Shown: piece by piece, positions 26,659 to 33,997 of the stretch
Position numbering within the stretch: the first letter of the stretch is position 1
Layout of the letters: each line of letters begins with the position of its first letter
DNA from: Candidatus Woesearchaeota archaeon
GTDB taxonomy: Archaea > Nanobdellota > Nanobdellia > Pacearchaeales > GW2011-AR1
Direction of reading: 5' to 3'
DNA length: 33,997 bases
NCBI GenBank assembly: GCA_964354195.1
Contig: CAYGYN010000031.1
Span: forward strand, 1-33,997
The notes under the pieces: generated by a model
Told to the model about the DNA's origin: nothing
Seen by the model: the letters and a program-made list of their open reading frames with translations, nothing else
The model's database searches: none
Program-made: the position numbers and the translations under genes

Positions 26659-28527
26659 TTAGTCCATTGGATTTCCGGAGACTCTTGAACGCCCGGACAT
26701 CTGCCCGCCGAGCTCAATAGGGAGATTGGCAAATCCTGCTCCATACATTGAATGATGAACCTCTGGACTTATTGTACCCAAACCTGAGGAGTACCCCTGA
26801 GGGCCCCAATATGATGCATTCTTCATTGCATAGATAGGGGAGTCAAAGTGCGACAAAGTCTCGCCAAAAGGAGTTGTCTGGAAATGCTGATACCAGTTCC
26901 CTGCCTCTATTATTTTCTTGAATTTGTCATTTTCCTTGGCAACTATCTTCATCATCTCCTTTGTAGGCACGTTTCCCATGCCCATTGGCAATTCTGTGTG
27001 CTCCATGCCAAAGTTGTCAGAGAGATGAACATGCTTTATATTCTTTGCAACAGCCCTTGTTTCTGCAAGAACTTCTTCCTTGCCTGCACCGAACTTCCTC
27101 ATCATGTTAATGTGCCCAACATCCCATGTTGCGCCTATAACTTTCTTGGATGCTTCCTTTGCTTCTGATTCGGACATTCCTCCCTGGACCGCCTTTTGAA
27201 CAAACTTTTTCTGCGATTTCTCAATCAGCTCGTTCAAATCTTTCCCATTGTAAATTATTGCCTGTCCTGCTGGAGGATTCTCAATGCTTATTATTGGGGA
27301 TTTGTCGCCGTAGGTTTTGTAAGATTTCAGAGCGAGATTGGAGAAGGTTTCTGAACCCTGCTCCATTGAAAATTGCTTCAATGGTTTCAGAGTTTGTGGA
27401 ATTTCAATGGAACGAAGAAGCTGCACACCTCTTGTAACTGCCTCCGCAAGCTCATGAACTTTTTCAGGCTTCTCAAGATAATTAAGCTTGGGTTTTATAT
27501 AATCCCTGAACTCATCCATCTTCTTCAAGCTCATTTTTGCTTCCGAGTTGCCAGTTTCGCTTGACTTTTTGGTAGATTCATATGCCTGGTCAAACATATT
27601 CTTTAATCCATTGTAGGCATCTCTCAAGTAGAGATCTCCATAAAGTGTTTTCTGCAGGTTCTTTTTTGTAATATCAGCAAAATCTTCTTCAATATGATAT
27701 TTTGCTAATGTCTTGATGTCATTTTCAACTTTTTCTGTCTTTCCTTCTGTAAAATCCTTATATACATTAAGGAGTTCTTGGTCTCCAGATTTCTTTCCAT
27801 GGGAAGGTGCAGAGCCCATTGCTTCTTCTACAACATTTGCACCATGCTCGGCTGCGTAATTAAGGTGTTGCAATTCCTTGAACCAGCTATCTTTGTTTAT
27901 TTTCTTTATTTTATCTTCAACATTGGGTTCTTTCTCGCTTTCAAAGTAACTTATTTTTGCAGGTAGCTGCTGGAAATCGCCTGTGCTTTCATTAATCACA
28001 ACAACTTCTTTTATAACAGGGACTTTCTTTTTTTCGCCTTCGACAATCTTTTCTTCCCATACTTGTGTTTCTGCAGGAAGCCCTGCTACGCTTGCATGAA
28101 AAGTGGTGACAATGTTGCCTTCAGGATTAAGTTCATGCGCTTTCTCCATAGCATCCCACATGTGCGTCTCTGATTGTTCGCGTTCATAAGGGCTCCATCC
28201 TCTCTTTGTCAGCCCAGTTGGCTCGACCAATGGCGCATGCAAAGTCAGTTCAACATTCTTTCCTAAAAGTTTTCTAAGCCGATTTAACTCTGTGAAATGC
28301 TCTTTTGGAATAGATTCAAAAACATCTGGCGAGACGCTTGAAACTTCCAGGGTTGTTGCTCCTGTATTAAGCTTGTTTGAGGCTTCTTTCAGCTGGTTTG
28401 CAGTCCTGGGGTCTGTTGCAATGCCTATGCCTGCAGCAGGATTGTATTGGTATGCTTGGGAGAATCCTCCATATTCAGGGTCAAACCCATAGTTTGCTCC
28501 CTCGTAGAAATAATCACCTCCGCTCAT
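26659..28527 (-). CDS. Xylose isomerase-like / AP endonuclease 2 TIM-barrel protein with large insertion
   Basis: LTLHAP, TFHAS, ISIEN, TWDVGHIN, HVHLSDNFG..H..LPMGMGNV, IIE motifs; TTTATATA 29 nt upstream. Confidence 0.82.
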   Translation of the reverse strand: MSGGDYFYEGANYGFDPEYGGFSQAYQYNPAAGIGIATDPRTANQLKEASNKLNTGATTLEVSSVSPDVFESIPKEHFTELNRLRKLLGKNVELTLHAPLVEPTGLTKRGWSPYEREQSETHMWDAMEKAHELNPEGNIVTTFHASVAGLPAETQVWEEKIVEGEKKKVPVIKEVVVINESTGDFQQLPAKISYFESEKEPNVEDKIKKINKDSWFKELQHLNYAAEHGANVVEEAMGSAPSHGKKSGDQELLNVYKDFTEGKTEKVENDIKTLAKYHIEEDFADITKKNLQKTLYGDLYLRDAYNGLKNMFDQAYESTKKSSETGNSEAKMSLKKMDEFRDYIKPKLNYLEKPEKVHELAEAVTRGVQLLRSIEIPQTLKPLKQFSMEQGSETFSNLALKSYKTYGDKSPIISIENPPAGQAIIYNGKDLNELIEKSQKKFVQKAVQGGMSESEAKEASKKVIGATWDVGHINMMRKFGAGKEEVLAETRAVAKNIKHVHLSDNFGMEHTELPMGMGNVPTKEMMKIVAKENDKFKKIIEAGNWYQHFQTTPFGETLSHFDSPIYAMKNASYWGPQGYSSGLGTISPEVHHSMYGAGFANLPIELGGQMSGRSRVSGNPMD

Positions 28528-28562
28528 ATAATAATTGAGATTTTAAGTTATATAAATGTTAT

Positions 28563-29051
28563 TTAGGCTTCCCAAGGATAACGTTTGGTTTCTTTTTTCT
28601 GATGGGGCTCAACTGAGAGGTTATATTTCTCACCCTCTTCATTAACAGGGCGCGCAGATTCAAGCTCTCTATTTGCGATAGCTTCCCGCCTGTCAAGGCT
28701 TGGAGCAATTCCCATTATATTAGTTCTTCCCGTGACAAATCTATTTCCTGAGGTTTCGTATTTCTGCCTAATCTCTTTCTCTGTAACATTGGTCTGGACT
28801 TGGTAAATAGGGCCCCGGTTTTCAGGAGTTTCTTGTGCTTGAATTTGTTCTATTTCAGGAGTTTGCTGGGCTGCCTCTCGCTGTTCAAGAGTTGGAAAAA
28901 CTCGGGCAGAAGGGCCTGTTTCTGCTATGTCCTCAAGTGATGGTTCTTCTGCTTCCAACTCGACTGGAGATTCATCTTTTTTTATCTCTGTTACTTTTAT
29001 GCTTGATTTTATTTCTCTTACAATTATCTTAGATTTTCCTGCTTTAGGCAT
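28563..29051 (-). CDS. Hypothetical, largely disordered protein
   Basis: 162-aa E/Q/P-rich ORF co-oriented with neighbours. Confidence 0.7.
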   Translation of the reverse strand: MPKAGKSKIIVREIKSSIKVTEIKKDESPVELEAEEPSLEDIAETGPSARVFPTLEQREAAQQTPEIEQIQAQETPENRGPIYQVQTNVTEKEIRQKYETSGNRFVTGRTNIMGIAPSLDRREAIANRELESARPVNEEGEKYNLSVEPHQKKETKRYPWEA

Positions 29052-29082
29052 GAATTATTGAAGAATGAGCTATATTTATTCT

Positions 29083-30684
29083 TTAGGATTGGAATGCGGG
29101 GCTCTCGTTTGCTTTCTTGAATGAATCATAGAACTTCCTACACTTTCTCCTTCCTTCTATGCTTGCCTGAGAGCGCATTACCTCATCCATTTTAGAGTCG
29201 GGCGTTACGCCTGCTTTTTTCTCTTCTCTTTTCTTTTCCTCGCTTTTCTCGGACTTAAACAAGTCAGTTATGCCTGAGAAAAGTGCTGAGAAAGGATTTA
29301 TTTCTGAAGATTCCTCTTCTTTCTTTGTTTCTTTCTTATCTTCAAGGAATTCATCTATGTCTTTTTGTAAAATATCAAGGCTTTGAGTGGTTGAGCCCTC
29401 TGCCCATTCAAGCATATCCTTGAAATCATCATATTCCAATTGCTCCTTCAAAACTTTTTGCTCGTCTTTATTCAATGCAAAACTCGTGAATATTATTTCT
29501 GCTGTGCCTTTGAAACCATAGCCGCGCTCATGCCTTTCTGGAATTGTTCTAAACTTGAGCTCAGAGAGAATATAAAAAGTATATTTTCTCTTATTTGCTT
29601 CCTTAAAGACTTTCGGCAATTCTCCCCGGGCAACATCAACATAAACTTTGTAATCACCAATTCCCAAGAGTGTTAATTCAAAGAGAGAAGTATTGAAAGC
29701 ATAAACAAAAGCAGATGTCTCTGTTGCTCTCTGCTCCAATCTTGAAGCTGCCTTCAAATAAGGCTTTACCCAGCGAGAATACAATTTTACTGTATTCAAC
29801 TGACTTTTCAGATAGATTTTTTCTATATCATATCTTTTCCTAAGCTCGTGCTCGGACTCGCCGAGCCAGCGCTCAAATTCTGAAAATCTCTGCTTAAGCA
29901 AATTCTTCACCCTATCATTCAAATCCATTGTGTTTATGTGCTGCAATGATTGAGCAACCATGAAACCGTCTATAAGCATTACAAAGTTGGGCTGATTCTG
30001 CCCAGAGACTGCTAGTCCTTTGAGAGAAGTGTTGCCTCTTTTTGCATCAACTTGGTCAAGCCAGACTTGTTTGAGAGACAAGAAAGCTGCTTCATTCTTC
30101 AGCTTATCTTTCTTGTCATTGTAATCGTCATAAATTGCAAGACGGAGCTTGAATTCCTTTAAGTCATAAATTATATTCAGGATGACTTTTATTATCTGGT
30201 TTATGCCTCCAAGCAGCTTGCCTGCCTCTTCCTGCATCTTTGTTGCCTTCATTCCCATTTCTGAGAAGTGGGCTGAGCCAGGGGATGAGACAAAATTATC
30301 AGATAATTTCTCAGCAGAGCCATATTCTGCCTTGTTGTAAAGATAATCATGCAGCCAGAAATAGACCTGCTCGACAGACTGGGTTGAGGATTCATATGTA
30401 AGGAGATGCTGTTCAATTGAATTTTTGATGCCTGCAAGCTTGAAAGGTGTCTTTATTACTTCATCAAAATCCATGTATTCGGGCTCTACAAGCTCTGCTT
30501 TTTCTGCGCCCTTAAGATAGGCATTTTTCTCGCCTTTTTCCAAAGATTCTTTTACTATCCTCTTTACCATATCCCGAAGAGTTACATCTTTCTTGTTGTC
30601 GCGCTCTTCTTCTTTAAGATAGCGGTTTGAGCAATATACATCAGGAACAATTGCTGCAACTAGTTTCTTTGGGTCAACTGCCAT
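29083..30684 (-). CDS. Hypothetical helical/coiled-coil protein
   Basis: 533-aa ORF, no motif recognised. Confidence 0.8.
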   Translation of the reverse strand: MAVDPKKLVAAIVPDVYCSNRYLKEEERDNKKDVTLRDMVKRIVKESLEKGEKNAYLKGAEKAELVEPEYMDFDEVIKTPFKLAGIKNSIEQHLLTYESSTQSVEQVYFWLHDYLYNKAEYGSAEKLSDNFVSSPGSAHFSEMGMKATKMQEEAGKLLGGINQIIKVILNIIYDLKEFKLRLAIYDDYNDKKDKLKNEAAFLSLKQVWLDQVDAKRGNTSLKGLAVSGQNQPNFVMLIDGFMVAQSLQHINTMDLNDRVKNLLKQRFSEFERWLGESEHELRKRYDIEKIYLKSQLNTVKLYSRWVKPYLKAASRLEQRATETSAFVYAFNTSLFELTLLGIGDYKVYVDVARGELPKVFKEANKRKYTFYILSELKFRTIPERHERGYGFKGTAEIIFTSFALNKDEQKVLKEQLEYDDFKDMLEWAEGSTTQSLDILQKDIDEFLEDKKETKKEEESSEINPFSALFSGITDLFKSEKSEEKKREEKKAGVTPDSKMDEVMRSQASIEGRRKCRKFYDSFKKANESPAFQS

Positions 30685-30699
30685 TTTATCCTTATATGC

Positions 30700-30753
30700 G
30701 GGAACCTATGGTTCCCCTGATATGTCACCCCTCCTTTAAGAGTAACCTTACTC
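30700..30753. other. Palindromic element upstream of the 533-aa gene
   Basis: GGGAACC-TAT-GGTTCCC (30700-30716), CCCCTCCTT, GAGTAA-CC-TTACTC. Confidence 0.45.
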
Positions 30754-30863
30754 CAACTAATGAAAAGGGGTTTAAATAGGTTTTTAGAAATATCAAGCCT
30801 GCGTTTGAAAGGGATTGAACACTAAAACGTCGGGTTTAAATAAAAGAATTCACTATTAAAATT

Positions 30864-31289
30864 ATGGCGATATTTGGAAAAGGAGATGATTATGTTGATT
30901 ATACTCTGCTTAAGAAGAAAGGCATATTGAAACTACCTGAGGAAAAGAAGCTGCCTGTGAAAGCCGAGGGCGGATTCATTGATTTTACAGCATTTGGAAG
31001 CAATGAAACTAAGTCATTAACTCAAACTAAGGAAACACCTTCTCCTAATTTTGACTTCTTAAATAACATGGCTGCTGCAGCGAGCACACCAAATTCAGAT
31101 TCTTCCTCATCTGTTTCTCCTTTGGCTAATTTTGATGCTATCCAGCCAGCAAGTTCAACTGCACTATTATCTCCAGATAACAAAGAGCTAAATGCATTAA
31201 AGATAAAAATTGATGACATGGATTACAAGCTTGACAGGTTTATTGAAAGGATTGACAAGCTTGAAGAGAAGTTGAATAAAACTATTTGA
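30864..31289 (+). CDS. Hypothetical protein with C-terminal coiled coil
   Basis: LKIKIDDMDYKLDRFIERIDKLEEKL heptads; TTTAAATA 29 nt upstream. Confidence 0.75.
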   Translation: MAIFGKGDDYVDYTLLKKKGILKLPEEKKLPVKAEGGFIDFTAFGSNETKSLTQTKETPSPNFDFLNNMAAAASTPNSDSSSSVSPLANFDAIQPASSTALLSPDNKELNALKIKIDDMDYKLDRFIERIDKLEEKLNKTI

Positions 31290-31853
31290 TTATTTTTTTG
31301 GAAGAGGGCAGAACTTAGGGAACCCGTCATCTGCTTTCTCGCAGAAGCTCCTGGTTGCATCAGAGATTATGCCTGGAATTGCGATTGTTATTGCTCCATG
31401 AAGAAGCAGGGATTCAAGAATTGATTCGATATCCTTACTAACTTTCAGTTTTGGAGTCCCTCCAAGGAGTTTGACAAGTTCTGGAGGGGTTATAACTAAA
31501 TTTCTCTGAAGATATTCTTCAGCCAAATCAAATGGTGCAACATGGCTGCAGTAGAATATTGCTTTCCTCTCATTTTCTTCTGTCCAGGAAATACTTTTTA
31601 GATAATGACATGATTTTGCCAATATAAGGCTAGTAAGCCCATCACCCCAGCAACTTTTTACCGGGTCCCCCTGCTTGTTATACTTATCAAGTGTTTCATC
31701 AAGAAGCCTGTATCCTGATTCATTCTGCACGCCTTTATTAATTTCAATAGTGCCTCTCTCGGAAGCTAAACTTAAAATGTCATCTGGCGGCAGTCCGGCA
31801 ATATTAGAAACTGCGATAACTTTTCTTAAATCTTCTTTTGACAGTGCGCACAT
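31290..31853 (-). CDS. Hypothetical protein
   Basis: 187-aa ORF; CTTATATA 29 nt upstream on the minus strand. Confidence 0.65.
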   Translation of the reverse strand: MCALSKEDLRKVIAVSNIAGLPPDDILSLASERGTIEINKGVQNESGYRLLDETLDKYNKQGDPVKSCWGDGLTSLILAKSCHYLKSISWTEENERKAIFYCSHVAPFDLAEEYLQRNLVITPPELVKLLGGTPKLKVSKDIESILESLLLHGAITIAIPGIISDATRSFCEKADDGFPKFCPLPKK

Positions 31854-31938
31854 TTACCTTGTGAATATCCAAGTTATATAAGGATTATTGCATTCCAGTG
31901 GAAGAAAACCTTAAAAGTCCGTTAATTCTTCAATATTC

Positions 31939-33591
31939 ATGAAGGACTTTTCAAAAGAGATTAAAGCCTATGCATTGAAGAATGCGCTTGAATTTGGAAG
32001 AACAGATGTGGGAAGGATATTGCCAAAACTCTTTAACCATGGGCTTGAGAAGAAAGACATCAAAAACGTGATGCCAAAAATCATAGAAATTATCAAAGAA
32101 GTTAATTCTTTGGATGAAGCAAAAAGGCAGCAAGAGTTCCATGACTTGAAGGGATTTGTCAAAGAAGCTGAGCAAAAAGAAGAAGGATTGCCTGAGCTTG
32201 AGAATGCTATTGAAGGAAAAGTTGTGACGAGACTTGCGCCAGAGCCGTCAAAATACACGCACATTGGACATGCTCTTGTGTTTATGATTCAATATCTTTA
32301 TGCAAAAAAGTACAAGGGCAAGTGCATCTTGAGATTTGAAGACACTAATCCTGAGAAGTCGACTCAAGAATTTTATAATTCAATAAAAGAAGACTTATCG
32401 TGGCTTGGAATAAAGTGGGATGAAGAGATTGTTGCTTCAGGCAACATGGAAAAATATTACGAGCTTGCTGAGAAACTGATTAAGTCAAAGGAAGCTTATG
32501 TCTGCAAGTGCCCGCAGGAAGAAGTCAAGAAATTAAGGGAGAAGATGAAAGCATGCAAGTGCAGAAGCCAAACTGAAAAAGACAACCTAAATCACTGGAA
32601 AGACATGCTCAACAGAAAATATGGAGAAGGCGAAAGAACATTAAGATTGAAAGGAAACATGAAATCAAAGAATGGAGTGATGCGAGACCCGATTATATTC
32701 AGGATAACACACGCAAAGCATTTTATACAAGGAGAGAAATATGCTGTCTGGCCAATGTATGACTTCGAGAATCCTGTTGAAGATTCACTGAATGGAGTTA
32801 CTCATGTCATACGCTCAAAAGAATTTGAGCTTAGAGCTGAACTGCATGAATATATCCTTAAACTGCTTAAATTGAAAATGCCTGTAGTTCGCGAAATTGG
32901 AAGATATGAAATAACTGGAGCTGAGACTCAAGGTCGCGTGATAAGAGAAATGATTGAGAAAAGAAAAGTTTCTGGATGGGATGACCCGCGGCTTGTGACA
33001 ATAAAAGCGCTCAGGAGAAGGGGTTTTGTTCCTGAGATGTTCAAAGAGCTTGCGCAGACAGTTGGATTGTCAAAGAGTTCAGGACACATTGATCCAACGG
33101 TGCTGGGCGCTGTAAACAGGAAAATTATTGACCCTATTGCAAACAGATATTCTTTTGTTAAGAATCCCAAGGAACTTGGGATTGTAAAGAAACCGAAAAT
33201 AAAGAAGGTTGAAGTGCCCATACATCCTGACAAGGCTGAAACAAGGAAGATTGAGATTGGCAAGATTTTCATCTCTGAGGATGATTTCAAGAACTTGAAG
33301 GGAAAAGAAGTCAGGCTACTTCATCTTTACAATGTGGAATTGGGCAAGACTCCGGACAAAACCAAGTTCACAAGCGAGGAAAACAAGGATATCCCAAAGA
33401 TTAACTGGGTTTCAGATGGCATAAAAACGAAGATATTAATGCCTGATGGGAAATGGGTCTCGGGACTCGGGGAAAAGTCAATTGAGGACTTGGAAGAGGG
33501 AGATATAATACAGTTCGAGAGATTTGGCTTTGCCAGGTTTGACCGGGTTGGCAAAGAGGGAGACTTTGAGTTTTGGTTCAGCCACAGATAA
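31939..33591 (+). CDS. gltX: Glutamate--tRNA ligase (archaeal type)
   Basis: TRLAPEPSKYTHIGH, LRFEDTNP, WPMYDF, THVIRSKE, GWDDPRL, QFERFGF. Confidence 0.96.
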   Translation: MKDFSKEIKAYALKNALEFGRTDVGRILPKLFNHGLEKKDIKNVMPKIIEIIKEVNSLDEAKRQQEFHDLKGFVKEAEQKEEGLPELENAIEGKVVTRLAPEPSKYTHIGHALVFMIQYLYAKKYKGKCILRFEDTNPEKSTQEFYNSIKEDLSWLGIKWDEEIVASGNMEKYYELAEKLIKSKEAYVCKCPQEEVKKLREKMKACKCRSQTEKDNLNHWKDMLNRKYGEGERTLRLKGNMKSKNGVMRDPIIFRITHAKHFIQGEKYAVWPMYDFENPVEDSLNGVTHVIRSKEFELRAELHEYILKLLKLKMPVVREIGRYEITGAETQGRVIREMIEKRKVSGWDDPRLVTIKALRRRGFVPEMFKELAQTVGLSKSSGHIDPTVLGAVNRKIIDPIANRYSFVKNPKELGIVKKPKIKKVEVPIHPDKAETRKIEIGKIFISEDDFKNLKGKEVRLLHLYNVELGKTPDKTKFTSEENKDIPKINWVSDGIKTKILMPDGKWVSGLGEKSIEDLEEGDIIQFERFGFARFDRVGKEGDFEFWFSHR

Positions 33592-33635
33592 AGAGGCATA
33601 ATAAGGTTTATATAGTAAATTGAGGTAATTTTGTT

Positions 33636-33997
33636 ATGATAAGTAAAAGGGGGTTGAGTGACGTTGTAACAACTGTCCTGATTGTTCTTTTGACAATTGT
33701 CGCAATTGCGATATTGTGGAGCTTCTTACAGCCAATGTTTACAAGCAGCGGGCAGAAAGTGCAGACACAGCAGCAATGCCTTGCATTAAGCCTTGAAGTA
33801 ACAGGATGCCAAAGCGCAGTGGGCGAGACAAATGCAACAGTTAAGAGAAGTCCAGGAATTGCAACTCTAAAAGAAGTGAAACTTGTCTTTGAGAGTCCTG
33901 AGGGTTCAACGAAAGTGGTAACAAGCACTACAGAAATACCTGCTGAACTTGAGACAAAGTTCATCAGCGCTGGCGACTTGGGATTTGATGCTGTAAA
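33636..33997 (+). CDS. Type IV pilin/archaellin-like protein with class III signal peptide, 3'-partial
   Basis: MISKRG|LSDVVTTVLIVLLTIVAIAILWSF; TTTATATA at 33607, 29 nt upstream; runs off the window end. Confidence 0.85.
   Translation, partial: MISKRGLSDVVTTVLIVLLTIVAIAILWSFLQPMFTSSGQKVQTQQQCLALSLEVTGCQSAVGETNATVKRSPGIATLKEVKLVFESPEGSTKVVTSTTEIPAELETKFISAGDLGFDAV

Noticed and set aside
26604-26744. N-terminal extension of the 321-aa ORF
   Set aside because: Overlaps the TIM-barrel gene end and the AT-rich spacer; ATG 26603 is more plausible
33608-33964. 118-aa minus-strand ORF
   Set aside because: Antisense to the pilin-like gene, which has a class III signal peptide and a correctly spaced TATA box
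1-33997. CRISPR array, integrase, transposase or provirus with att sites
   Set aside because: No regularly spaced repeats, recombinase motifs or duplicated tRNA 3' ends were found by eye

Overview
Archaeal genomic DNA, most consistent with a reduced-genome DPANN lineage (Pacearchaeota/Woesearchaeota-like; an inference from gene content and style). Recognisable core genes: rtcB plus archease, RbgA/YlqF-type GTPase, thermosome, rpl35Ae, rpl10e (uL16), Trm11-like methyltransferase, PEP synthase and GluRS. There are three tRNA genes, including tRNA-Tyr(GTA) with a structured 106-nt BHB intron. Accessory genes: a large LamG/Ig-like surface protein broken by one in-frame TAA, a matrixin-type protease, thermonuclease, PHP protein, SET-domain protein, ParB-like protein with Cys-motif microproteins, two paralogous nucleotidyltransferase-HEPN-like fusions, an AP-endonuclease-2-like TIM barrel and a class III signal peptide pilin. 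Features absent from the ORF track: a 52-aa hyper-acidic microprotein, a two-copy hairpin element with a compensatory base-pair change, and a near-invariant 29-nt TATA-to-ATG spacing implying leaderless transcription. No CRISPR array, transposase or integrase was seen.
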